A stretch of 64,000 nucleotides of DNA from Gammaproteobacteria bacterium (GTDB lineage: Bacteria > Pseudomonadota > Gammaproteobacteria > JBCCGL01): the NCBI GenBank assembly GCA_965277715.1, contig OZ255836.1:1664001-1728000 (forward strand). Reading direction: 5' to 3'. Shown here in pieces: positions 38,107 through 47,646 of this stretch. Below the pieces are notes generated by a model. That model searched no databases. It was not told the DNA's origin and saw only the letters and a list, made by a program, of their open reading frames with translations. The position numbers and the translations under genes were made by a program. Each line of letters begins with the position of its first letter. The first letter of the stretch is position 1.

Positions 38107-38760
38107 CTAAGAATATTGCATAGCCAGACGTTTTTCTGCACTGGCACACTCTTGTGGAGTATTGATATTGATAAACGTATCGAGGCTGTCTGAAAAATCC
38201 ACTTCAATTAGCTTCTGCTGCCGATACCAAAACATAATTTTGCGCTCACCGTCAGCGAGAAACTTCACCAGCCCAGGCAACAAAGCACAACGGATAAGCG
38301 CAAATACAGGCTGCGGTCGCTCCCCATCGTGCGCCACAGCAATATCGGCATCCGCCGCAATGAGCGGTGCGCGCAGGCGTTCCACAATATCACCACACAA
38401 AAAAGGGGAATCACACGGGCAGATGAACAACAGTTCGCTATCCACTGCACGCATCGCCGCCGCTATACCGGCCAGTGGCCCCAGAAAATCAGTAACGGGT
38501 GAGTCGCCAAGGCTGTCAGTAACTGTTTGCACACCCAGCGCCGCATAATCTGATTGACTCCGGTTAGCACTGACCACCATACAGTCGACCTGTGTTTTCA
38601 ACGCATCGAGCACATAGCTAACCAGAGGTTTTCCATTCAGCGCGACCAGGCCTTTATCGACACCGTGCATACGTGTGGCCTGACCGCCCGCAAGTACCAC
38701 AGCAGCCGTGGTGAAGCTTTTAGCTACTGCACTGTGTTTACCTGTACCGTGGTTACTCAT
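38107..38760 (-). CDS. mobA: Molybdenum cofactor guanylyltransferase
   Basis: LAGGQATRM..DKG, GPLAG, PCDSPF, NINTP. Confidence 0.95.
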   Translation of the reverse strand: MSNHGTGKHSAVAKSFTTAAVVLAGGQATRMHGVDKGLVALNGKPLVSYVLDALKTQVDCMVVSANRSQSDYAALGVQTVTDSLGDSPVTDFLGPLAGIAAAMRAVDSELLFICPCDSPFLCGDIVERLRAPLIAADADIAVAHDGERPQPVFALIRCALLPGLVKFLADGERKIMFWYRQQKLIEVDFSDSLDTFININTPQECASAEKRLAMQYS

Positions 38761-39416
38761 ACTGTCGTGCTCATCTCAATCAATCGCCCCTTTTCCAGAG
38801 ACAAAAACATATCGGCAAAATCGGTATTGGCCATCACTTCATGGCTGCTGATCATAATACTCATGCCCTCGTTGCGCATTTCGCCGATTAACAGCAATGC
38901 CTGTTGGCGCGATGCGGCATCCATTCCCACCGTTGGTTCATCCAATAACATAACGGCGGGTTTCAGCACATATGCCCGTGCCAGTGCAACACGCTGGCGC
39001 TCACCACCGGATAATTGTCTGGCGTTACGCGATGACAAATGAGTCAGCTCCCCCCAGTGCAGTGCAGTATCGACGTGTTGGCAAATGTCGTGTGGTGTCA
39101 TATGCCGACGTCGCAAGCCGTAGGCGATATTGTCATAAACGCTGCGATCAAATAAATACGGTTGCTGATGCAGGTAGAGGATATGTTTACGCAATGACAC
39201 TGCTTCCAGCGCCGTCCCTTTGTAAGTAACCGACAGTGTATCAGCGGGCACCAGGCCAGACAGAATTTTCATCAGTGTGGATTTGCCCACCCCATTGTCA
39301 CCACGCAACAAAATACACTGGGCTGGCGCCAACACCAGATCATCGATTGCCAGTAGATCGCGCCCGGCAATACGTTTGTATAACTGCGAAAAATGAAACA
39401 GCGGCGGCCCGCTCAA
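38757..39416 (-). CDS. tupC: Tungstate ABC transporter ATPase (TTG start overlapping the tupB stop)
   Basis: GDNGVGKS, LSGGERQR, LLDEPT; follows tupB. Confidence 0.8.
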   Translation of the reverse strand: MSGPPLFHFSQLYKRIAGRDLLAIDDLVLAPAQCILLRGDNGVGKSTLMKILSGLVPADTLSVTYKGTALEAVSLRKHILYLHQQPYLFDRSVYDNIAYGLRRRHMTPHDICQHVDTALHWGELTHLSSRNARQLSGGERQRVALARAYVLKPAVMLLDEPTVGMDAASRQQALLLIGEMRNEGMSIMISSHEVMANTDFADMFLSLEKGRLIEMSTTV

Positions 39417-40114
39417 AGTGCTTCTCCCCGGCCACGAAAAAACACCACGGTGAAGTTCAGTACCATCGCCAACACCACCAGCACAATACCCAACGCAATC
39501 CCCTGATCGAATGTACCTTTGCTGGTTTCCAGGGCAATCGCAGTGGGGATGTTGCGCGTATAGTGCAAGATGTTGCCGCCGACCATCATCGCACACCCCA
39601 CTTCGGCAACTACCCGGCCAAAGCTTGCGACCAGCGCCGCCGCCAGACCAAAGCGCACTTCGTACATCACCGTAAACACTGCCCGCAACGGCGTCGCCCC
39701 CAAGGTAATGGCTGTTTCCCAGGCGCGCCGGTCACCGGCTTGAAATGCGGTGTGCGACATGGCCACCAAAATGGGAAAACACAATAACATTTGCCCCATA
39801 ATCATTGCTGTTTGGGTGAATAGCAGTTTCCAGTCACCAAACGGGCCGATACGCGAAAGCATCAGATAGAGAATAAGGCCAACAACAACAGCGGGCAGCG
39901 CCCACAGGGTGTTAATCAGGGAAATAACAATTTGGCGGCCAGTGAAGTCTCTGTACGCCAGCAAAAAGCCCAGGGCAACGGCCAGCGGTGTTGTGTACAG
40001 CACCGCCTGTAGGGATACACTGAAGGAAATACCGACAATTTCCCATAAATCCCGATCAAACGTGACGAGTAGGTAGAGTGCATCCAGCGTGGTCTGCCAC
40101 AAACTGAGTTGCAT
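39413..40114 (-). CDS. tupB: Tungstate ABC transporter permease
   Basis: LPAVVVGL, FGRVVAEVG, GGNI..TR..TAIALETSKG. Confidence 0.88.
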   Translation of the reverse strand: MQLSLWQTTLDALYLLVTFDRDLWEIVGISFSVSLQAVLYTTPLAVALGFLLAYRDFTGRQIVISLINTLWALPAVVVGLILYLMLSRIGPFGDWKLLFTQTAMIMGQMLLCFPILVAMSHTAFQAGDRRAWETAITLGATPLRAVFTVMYEVRFGLAAALVASFGRVVAEVGCAMMVGGNILHYTRNIPTAIALETSKGTFDQGIALGIVLVVLAMVLNFTVVFFRGRGEAL

Positions 40115-40153
40115 AGTAGCCAGTACCGTCTATCTTATCAGTGCGTCTTAAAA

Positions 40154-41725
40154 CTACTGCGCAAAATAGCGCTGCAAAAATGTGTCAAATGACACATCAT
40201 CCGCCTGCTCAATCGCCACTTGCCGCACCAGCGAATCACTCGCCGCCGCCACAGATGCACGTTGGGCCGGCACAGGTAATGGCCGCTGTTTAAACCACTG
40301 CTGGTGCTGTATTGAAAGGCGCAGTGAAAAATCAAAAAACTCCTCACGGTTTTGCATCATCTCGGCCAGTATACGCGCAGAGGGGGTTTGCTCTGGATCT
40401 TCAATCTTTTCACGCTGTTGTTGCAATACCACACAATACACCGGCGACGCTCTACCATTGTCTAACAGCTCGCAGGTCATCGACAATTGGTGGAAAATAT
40501 CCCGTGCCCAATCGCGCAATAAGATATCCCGGCCCGATTTTCTTAAACACAAGGCTGGATCGCGGCCACGCTGGGCAACCGCATTAAAATTGTACTTGAT
40601 ATCTGCCTGTTCACTATCGCTCAGGGCATCACTGGGTAACAGCAGGCTAAACAGCAAAAATGATTCGAGAAAGCGCATCTGTTCCTGGTTGATTCCCAGT
40701 GGCTCGTAAGGATTGACATCCAGCGAACGCAGTTCGATATAGGCTATCCCCCGACTGGCCAGCGCCAGTGTCGGTTTTTCCTCCCCCTGTAAAATCTGTT
40801 TTGGGCGCACCGTCGAATAGTGTTCGTTTTCGATCTGGAGAATATTCTGGTTAAGCTGTTGCCATTCTCCATCGGCACACAATGCAATTTTTTTATACTG
40901 GGCACTGGGCGTGGAAATCGCCTGTGTCAGGCTATCAATATAGTCGCGCAAGCTACTGTAGTTGATGGCGATTCCGGCTTCCTTTTCCTTGCTGTTCTGA
41001 TAGCCAATATCCCCCATTCGCAGGGAGGTGGCAAACGGCCCGTAGTAAGTATGGTCGTATAAAGCCTGTAATGCGGTGGGCTTATCACCGAGAAATGAAC
41101 GGCAAATTGCCGGGGATGCGCCAAATAGATACGGCACCAGCCAGCCATAGCGTTGTAGGTTACGCACCATGCCCATATACGCCGCAGAGATAAAGGTCTG
41201 GCTATTGGACGTGTCACCGAGCAGGGATTGGTATAACGGCCAAAATGAAAGCGGGTAGGAGTAATTGTAGTGAACCCCCGCAATCGCCTGCATAACCCGG
41301 CCATAGCGATGACCCAGCCCACGCCGGTACGCCGTTTTCATTTTGGCGGCATTGGAGCGACCGTATTGGGCAATGGGGATGCTGGCTTCACCGGCCACAA
41401 CACACGGCATGCTGGTGGTCCACAACACTTCATCACCTAGCTGGCTGTACACAAACCGATGTGTATCATCGAGAAATTGCAATGTCTGTGCAGAGTCCTG
41501 AAAGGGCGGGGTCACCAGTTCCAGCAGTGCTTCAGAGTAGTCGGTGGTGATACTCGGGTGGGTTAACGCTGACCCCAGGCCATTGGGGTGAGGTGTTTGT
41601 GCAATACCGCCGTCAGCGGCGACACGCAGGCTTTCTTTTTCCAGGCCGATTTTGCGGCCCTGTAGAGGGTGGTGTGCACCACTGGCCAGTAGCTGTGCAA
41701 CACGACTTTCAATAACGGACTTCAA
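40154..41725 (-). CDS. gshA: Glutamate--cysteine ligase
   Basis: GLEKESLR, ITTDYSEALLE, ATSLRM, LQIENE.Y, IELRSLD. Confidence 0.97.
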   Translation of the reverse strand: MKSVIESRVAQLLASGAHHPLQGRKIGLEKESLRVAADGGIAQTPHPNGLGSALTHPSITTDYSEALLELVTPPFQDSAQTLQFLDDTHRFVYSQLGDEVLWTTSMPCVVAGEASIPIAQYGRSNAAKMKTAYRRGLGHRYGRVMQAIAGVHYNYSYPLSFWPLYQSLLGDTSNSQTFISAAYMGMVRNLQRYGWLVPYLFGASPAICRSFLGDKPTALQALYDHTYYGPFATSLRMGDIGYQNSKEKEAGIAINYSSLRDYIDSLTQAISTPSAQYKKIALCADGEWQQLNQNILQIENEHYSTVRPKQILQGEEKPTLALASRGIAYIELRSLDVNPYEPLGINQEQMRFLESFLLFSLLLPSDALSDSEQADIKYNFNAVAQRGRDPALCLRKSGRDILLRDWARDIFHQLSMTCELLDNGRASPVYCVVLQQQREKIEDPEQTPSARILAEMMQNREEFFDFSLRLSIQHQQWFKQRPLPVPAQRASVAAASDSLVRQVAIEQADDVSFDTFLQRYFAQ

Positions 41726-41754
41726 CTACAGCTCCTGGGCAGCGCCCTGACTGG

Positions 41755-41902
41755 GGGGCGTTCTCAATCACTTTCACGGTCTGATTTCGGCTCTTTTCCG
41801 CGCTGGCGGCGTTGCAACGCGTCACAATAGAATGACTATTGCGCCTTGCCAGCACGAAAAATAGCTCAAGATCAGTCTCGCTCTGGTAATTGAGAACGCC
41901 CC
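41755..41902. repeat. MITE-like palindromic element A (148 bp)
   Basis: Terminal inverted repeats GGGGCGTTCTCAATCAC / GTAATTGAGAACGCCCC with nested internal stems. Confidence 0.75.
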
Positions 41903-41937
41903 TTAGCACTTCAGGCAAGGATTTGAACCTAAATTAA

Positions 41938-42059
41938 CTAAACCTCATGTACTAACTTGCAACTAATTGTTCCAGAGCGCTTTTTTTCTGGAACAATTAT
42001 TGGCTAATACCTCAGACATCATGTATTGGCTTGTGTGCAAGTTAATACATGGGGTCTAG
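41938..42059. repeat. MITE-like palindromic element B (122 bp)
   Basis: CTAAACCTCATGTACTAACTTGCA ... TGCAAGTTAATACATGGGGTCTAG with two internal hairpins. Confidence 0.7.
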
Positions 42060-42169
42060 CTGAATAATAACAGAGCTATTGCAATGGCGGCACCAACGGG
42101 CACGAAAAAAACGCAATTACATTTTCCACGGTGATAGTATCAGGGCGTCCCTGAACCCTACTGAACTCG

Positions 42170-42937
42170 ATGCAAACACTGCACTACAATGTTACTGGAG
42201 ACACAGGCCCATACTTGTGCATTCTTCATGGATTATTCGGTTCACTGGAAAACTGGGGTTCTCAGGCCCGTGCATTATCCAGGCATTTTCAGGTTATTAA
42301 TATTGATTTACGCAATCATGGTCGTTCACCACACCACTCGTGTATGGGGTATACGGCAATGGCGGAGGATGTGTTACACCTGTTGAATCACCTCGCTATC
42401 GACAGAACCTATATACTGGGCCATTCGATGGGGGGTAAAACAGCCATGCAGTTTGCCCTCGACCACGCTGCCTACGTCGATAAATTGATTGTTGTAGACA
42501 TCGCACCAAAACACTACCCCCGACACCACGATGCAATTTTCGATGCGTTGGACAGTATTGACTTGGCGACCCTGGTTTCCCGAAACGAGGCGGATGCACA
42601 AATCAAACACGCCATACCTGAGCGGGACATTCGCGCTTTTTTGCTCAAAAACCTGCAACGGGGGGAAAGGGGTTTTCACTGGAAAATGAATTTGGCGGTT
42701 CTTCGTGACGATTACCCCAATATCGCCGCTGGTATGCAGTGCAGGCAACCTTTTTCAGGCGAAACGCTGTTTATCAAAGGGGGGCGTTCTGATTATATCC
42801 AGCCCGGTGATCAACACAGCACTCAGCAGTTTTTCCCCAACGCCCGTGCAAAAATTATTGATAATACAGGGCACTGGCCACATGTGGAGAAAGCGGCGGT
42901 ATTCACAAAAATTACCACCGATTTCTTGTTGGGTTAA
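42170..42937 (+). CDS. ybfF: Alpha/beta hydrolase, YbfF-like esterase
   Basis: HGLFGS..NW, DLRNHG.S, GHSMGGK, GHWPH. Confidence 0.88.
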   Translation: MQTLHYNVTGDTGPYLCILHGLFGSLENWGSQARALSRHFQVINIDLRNHGRSPHHSCMGYTAMAEDVLHLLNHLAIDRTYILGHSMGGKTAMQFALDHAAYVDKLIVVDIAPKHYPRHHDAIFDALDSIDLATLVSRNEADAQIKHAIPERDIRAFLLKNLQRGERGFHWKMNLAVLRDDYPNIAAGMQCRQPFSGETLFIKGGRSDYIQPGDQHSTQQFFPNARAKIIDNTGHWPHVEKAAVFTKITTDFLLG

Positions 42938-42938
42938 T

Positions 42939-43694
42939 TTACGCTTCAATCCAGATCAATGTTGCCATGCGCCCGCTGTGCGCACCATCGCGACGATATG
43001 AAAAGAACCGTTGTCTATCTGTATAAGTGCACCAGTTGCCGCCAAACAGTGAAGTCACCCCCGCTTTTTGCAGTCGCTGCCGTGCCAGGCCAGGTAAGTT
43101 GGCAATCCATTTTCCGGGCGTTTCAGTGCGCTGAAAATGGGTTTTGTTTGTATCATCCTGTATACAAAAAACATCGTAAACATCCGCACCCACTTCAAAG
43201 GCAGATAGACCGATCGACGGGCCGAGCCAGGCACACAACTGCGTCGGGGCGACAGGCAGCGAGTCGATAACCGATTCCAGCACACCATTGAGCAGGCCGC
43301 GCCAGCCGGCATGTGCAGCCGCAACACAGCTCCCGGTGCGGTCGGCAAACAAGACGGGCAGGCAATCGGCTGTCATTACCGTACATACTGTTCCCGGCAA
43401 CTGCGTCCAGGCCGCATCAGCCTGCTCATCACGTCCGGCTCTGGCGGCGTCGACCACGCGTGTTCCATGAACCTGCCAAAGCCAGCAGGGCGCTGTGGGT
43501 AAATTCATTTTTTCCTGCAACAGTGCACGATTTTTCAACACATTATCCGCCGTATCGGCACTGCGTACACCGAGGTTAAAACTGTCAAAGGGTTTCTGGC
43601 TAAAGCCACCGACCCGCGTAGTCGAACAGGCGTGTACGTTGGCGGGAGCGGGCCAATCGGGGAGGATAAACTCGGGTATGTTTTGCGTTTTCAT
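42939..43694 (-). CDS. pgeF: Peptidoglycan editing factor PgeF/YfiH
   Basis: QVHG, TADCLPV, HAGWRG, FFSYRR; downstream of rluD. Confidence 0.95.
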   Translation of the reverse strand: MKTQNIPEFILPDWPAPANVHACSTTRVGGFSQKPFDSFNLGVRSADTADNVLKNRALLQEKMNLPTAPCWLWQVHGTRVVDAARAGRDEQADAAWTQLPGTVCTVMTADCLPVLFADRTGSCVAAAHAGWRGLLNGVLESVIDSLPVAPTQLCAWLGPSIGLSAFEVGADVYDVFCIQDDTNKTHFQRTETPGKWIANLPGLARQRLQKAGVTSLFGGNWCTYTDRQRFFSYRRDGAHSGRMATLIWIEA

Positions 43695-44710
43695 CGCAAC
43701 GCACCCCGGTTATCGGCTTCAGCATCGGTGCGCAATAGCGTCCGCAATTGTTCAAAATCACCCGGCAGGGGTGACTCCCATGCCATTTCCTGCTGGGTGT
43801 TGGGGTGTATCAAACAGAGCCGGGTGGCGTGCAGCGCCTGGCGGGGAAAACCATGTAAACCATCGGCCAGTTGTGCACCGATGGCCGCCGGAATACGCAA
43901 TCGCCCGGCATACACAGGGTCACCGATCAATGGGTAGTGACGATGCGCCATATGCACACGGATCTGGTGGGTACGGCCAGTTTCAAGTTGCAGTTTGAGG
44001 TAGCTGTGTGCACGGTATTTTTCCAGTACGCGGTAGTGCGTTATCGCCGGTTTACCGCCAGCGACAACCGCCATGCGTTTGCGATCAACCGGATGGCGAC
44101 CGATAGGTTCATCAACCACACCGCCCGCCACCAGCACACCACTCACCAGTGCACGGTACTCCCGGTGCACTGTGCGTGCCTGCAACTGGGCCACTAACGC
44201 GGTATGCGCTTGCACAGTGCGCGCTACAACAAACAAACCGGTAGTGTCTTTATCGAGCCGGTGCACAATGCCTGCACGCGGCACCTGAGCCAGAGCGGGG
44301 TCGTAATGCAGTAAGCCATTTAGTACAGTGCCATCACGGTTTCCCACTGCCGGATGCATTACTAACCCGGCGGGTTTATCGATTACCAGTAGATGCCTAT
44401 CCTGATAGATGATGTTGAGGCCGATTACCTGGGGTTGGTAATCGACAACTTCGCTGAACACGGGGCTAAGTACTACTTGCTCACCACCGGTCAGCTTATT
44501 TCGCGGCCTGGCTATGTCTCCATCCACATGTACCTGCTGGTTGCGAATCCACTGCTGTAACGCATTGCGCGAATACTCGGGATACAACGCAGCCAATGCC
44601 TGATCCAGTCGCCAACCACGATAATGATCAGGTATTCGACAGTTGAACGGATTGGCAGTATCTTCATCGGCATTTGTCATAGTGTTTGTCTTTAGGGGTA
44701 TTTGTTTCAC
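43691..44710 (-). CDS. rluD: 23S rRNA pseudouridine synthase RluD
   Basis: S4 domain, GIVHRLDKDTTG, TGRTHQIRVH. Confidence 0.96.
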   Translation of the reverse strand: MKQIPLKTNTMTNADEDTANPFNCRIPDHYRGWRLDQALAALYPEYSRNALQQWIRNQQVHVDGDIARPRNKLTGGEQVVLSPVFSEVVDYQPQVIGLNIIYQDRHLLVIDKPAGLVMHPAVGNRDGTVLNGLLHYDPALAQVPRAGIVHRLDKDTTGLFVVARTVQAHTALVAQLQARTVHREYRALVSGVLVAGGVVDEPIGRHPVDRKRMAVVAGGKPAITHYRVLEKYRAHSYLKLQLETGRTHQIRVHMAHRHYPLIGDPVYAGRLRIPAAIGAQLADGLHGFPRQALHATRLCLIHPNTQQEMAWESPLPGDFEQLRTLLRTDAEADNRGALR

Positions 44711-44720
44711 GGTAAATTAC

Positions 44721-44867
44721 TATCGAGGGTATCGAAAAACGACTGTACTTGATGATGTGGCGTTGAAAATCGACAAAAAATGCGCACTTGCGCTGTGTAA
44801 ACTGCGTTTTTTTATCAATTTTCACCTTGCCTCGTCTTCGTTCGCAACATTTTCCGACGCTCCCTAT
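44721..44867. repeat. Degenerate MITE-like palindromic element C
   Basis: Central stem GAAAATCGACAAAAAATGCGCA...TGCGTTTTTTTATCAATTTTC with decayed terminal repeats. Confidence 0.55.
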
Positions 44868-44949
44868 CGGTATCTTCATGTTCCAGCACAATGAAATCAA
44901 CCGACTCTACGGGTATACTCGGCATCGATTATAAAAACTGTTTACTGCT

Positions 44950-45729
44950 ATGTTTCGATTTTCCCCGTTTTCTGCCCCCCTTTTAATGATACTCGTGTTC
45001 GCGGGGTTAGCTGCGTGCTCGACAGCGCCACCAGTAGACCCGACCGCAGACTGGTCCGCACGCAAAATTTACAATGAAGCCTCAAGTGCACTGGCCAACA
45101 GCAAGTTTGACCAGGCGGTGGAGTATTTTGAGCTGCTTGAATCCCGGTTTCCATTTGGCCGCTACACACTCCAATCACAACTGGATATTGCCTACGCCCA
45201 CTATAAGCGCCGCGAGTACGATTCAGCTATTGATGCCGCCAATCGCTTTATCAGGCTACATCCAGGCAACACACATATCGACTACGCCTACTACCTCAAA
45301 GGGCTATCAAACTTCAGCCGGGGCTCTGGTTTATTCACCAATTTTACCGGGCGCAAGCTGGCAAACATCGACCAACAGGCATTGAACAATGCATTCGCCG
45401 ACTTCGACACGCTAGTTCAACGTTTTCCGGATAGTATTTACGCGGCTGATTCGCACAAGCGCATGGTGTTTTTACGCAATGAAATGGCCGATCACGAACT
45501 GGATATCGCAACGTTTTATTATGGCCGGGGCGCTATGCTGGCATCGATCAACCGGGTTAAGTATATTATTAAACACTTTGACGGCGCACCCGCCGTTACC
45601 GAGGGACTGGCCCTCATGGCACAGGCCTACCGCAATATGGGCCTGGATGATCTCGCTGAAGATACCTTCCGCGTATTGGAAAAAACCGACCCAACACATG
45701 CTGCCTTAAAAAGTAAAGACCTGGAATAG
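44950..45729 (+). CDS. bamD: Outer membrane protein assembly lipoprotein BamD
   Basis: Lipobox LAAC, TPR-like repeats, divergent from rluD. Confidence 0.95.
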   Translation: MFRFSPFSAPLLMILVFAGLAACSTAPPVDPTADWSARKIYNEASSALANSKFDQAVEYFELLESRFPFGRYTLQSQLDIAYAHYKRREYDSAIDAANRFIRLHPGNTHIDYAYYLKGLSNFSRGSGLFTNFTGRKLANIDQQALNNAFADFDTLVQRFPDSIYAADSHKRMVFLRNEMADHELDIATFYYGRGAMLASINRVKYIIKHFDGAPAVTEGLALMAQAYRNMGLDDLAEDTFRVLEKTDPTHAALKSKDLE

Positions 45730-45869
45730 AATAAATATTATGCTGATAATTGAGTTCAGTTTATGTCTGAGTTAGATGCAGGATAAAGAAAGTATTGGGT
45801 TTCTCACCAAATTGTTCTTCGCTATTGTCGGCATTCTTAATTATTTCAAAAATGCCATAAGTCACATCG

Positions 45870-47543
45870 TTATTTAACGTAGCCTGAAGTAATCGGGTAA
45901 CGCCGATCCTTACCAAAAGCACGCTTGCTAACACGCACACCCGGCGGCGCCTGCCGACGTTTATGCTCATTGCGCACCACCATTGCCACCACACGCGCCA
46001 CCGTGGCGCGATCAAATCCCAAGTCAACAATCTGATCAACCGACCAGTCCTCTTCAACATAGCGTTGCAAAATAGCATCGAGCTGATCGTAAGGGGGCAG
46101 GCTGTCCTGGTCCACCTGCCCCGGTGCCAACTCCGCAGAAGCGGGCCGATCAATTACCCGCTGAGGTATCAGTGGGTAGCCAGCCTGTCGATTACGGTAT
46201 TCTGCCAATTGATAAACCGTGGTCTTGGGCACATCTTTAAGCGGCGCAAAGCCACCGGCCATATCACCATAAAGCGTCGCATAACCCACCGCCATTTCAC
46301 TCTTGTTACCGGTGGTTAGCACCAACCGATGGCGCTTGTTGGCGAGAGCCATCAGTGTCAGGCCACGGCATCGTGCCTGAATATTTTCCTCGGTGGTGTC
46401 CATTGCTGTATCGGCAAACGCCCCCTGCAACATACCCATAAAAGCCTTATAGGCGGGCGCAATTGGAACAACGCTGTACTCTACACTCAGGTTATTCGCC
46501 TGTTTTTCAGCGTCCTCCTGACTCATTTGCGAGGTGTAATCAAATGGCATCATCACCGCCTGCACCTTATCTGTACCCAAGCCTGCACCTAAGGCATCGA
46601 CGGCGATGGCCAGAGTTAGCGCCGAATCAATCCCCCCCGACAAACCAAGCACCGCACCGGCAAACCCGTTTTTCCTCATATAGTCACGCACACCGCACAC
46701 CAGTGCCTGGTAAATCAATGCGAGTGATCGCTCTGCCGATGGCGCGCTCTGCTCACAGCCTGCAGAATCGACAACATCGCCAGCAATATCGTCCAGTACA
46801 CCCTCAGTGGATATCGTCACGGCGGCAATACCTTCTTCAAACGGCGGCATCCGCAACACCACTTCCCCCTGCTGGCTCAATGCCAAAGAGTGACCATCAA
46901 ACACCAGCTCATCTTGCCCACCAACCTGGTTGACATAGATCAATGGCAAACCACTTTCGGTTACACGTCCATGCGCCTCACACTCCCGATGCCGCAAATT
47001 ATCCAAATCAAACGGCGAGGCGTTCAGCGAAACAATGACCTCAGCACCTGCAACCCGGCTGGCCTCAACCGCTGCAGGAAACCAAATATCCTCGCACACC
47101 GTCACCCCCACCTGTACCCCCTGAATATCGAGCACCAGCGGCTGAGTGCCTGCCGTGAAATAACGCTGCTCATCAAATACGCCATAATTGGGTAACACGT
47201 TTTTATAGTAATTGTACTGTCTGCCATCCGCATGCAATACCACGGCTGTGTTGTAGAGATGCCCGCCCTCGTACAACGGCGCGCCAACAATCACACTAAC
47301 ACCCTCCAGTGATTGCTTTATCCTGTCCAAACACACTTGTACACGAGGGTGCATATCTGCACGCAACAACAAATCCTCCGGCGGATAACCCGTGAGCGCC
47401 AGCTCGGTATACACCACCAGTGAAGCCTGATGCTCATTGTGTGCACGCCTGGCTATAGCGATAATTTTTTTTGTATTACCCTCTATATCACCCACAACGG
47501 GGTTAATTTGTGCGAGTGCGATGCGCAGTGACTGACTATTCAT
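45870..47543 (-). CDS. nadE: Glutamine-dependent NAD+ synthetase
   Basis: CN-hydrolase domain (CEDIW), GLSGGIDS, TGNKSE, SAEL. Confidence 0.96.
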   Translation of the reverse strand: MNSQSLRIALAQINPVVGDIEGNTKKIIAIARRAHNEHQASLVVYTELALTGYPPEDLLLRADMHPRVQVCLDRIKQSLEGVSVIVGAPLYEGGHLYNTAVVLHADGRQYNYYKNVLPNYGVFDEQRYFTAGTQPLVLDIQGVQVGVTVCEDIWFPAAVEASRVAGAEVIVSLNASPFDLDNLRHRECEAHGRVTESGLPLIYVNQVGGQDELVFDGHSLALSQQGEVVLRMPPFEEGIAAVTISTEGVLDDIAGDVVDSAGCEQSAPSAERSLALIYQALVCGVRDYMRKNGFAGAVLGLSGGIDSALTLAIAVDALGAGLGTDKVQAVMMPFDYTSQMSQEDAEKQANNLSVEYSVVPIAPAYKAFMGMLQGAFADTAMDTTEENIQARCRGLTLMALANKRHRLVLTTGNKSEMAVGYATLYGDMAGGFAPLKDVPKTTVYQLAEYRNRQAGYPLIPQRVIDRPASAELAPGQVDQDSLPPYDQLDAILQRYVEEDWSVDQIVDLGFDRATVARVVAMVVRNEHKRRQAPPGVRVSKRAFGKDRRYPITSGYVK

Positions 47544-47646
47544 AATGATCGTATAAGCTGTTCAGCAATACATTTTGCCCGCATTCGCCCTTTTTGTGCA
47601 AAAATAATTACCTGCCTGTCTACTTATTATTAAACCGAACGATCAG

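Noticed and set aside
41726-41930. SAH or other riboswitch upstream of gshA
   Set aside because: Consensus elements are not matched in order; long terminal inverted repeats fit a MITE better.
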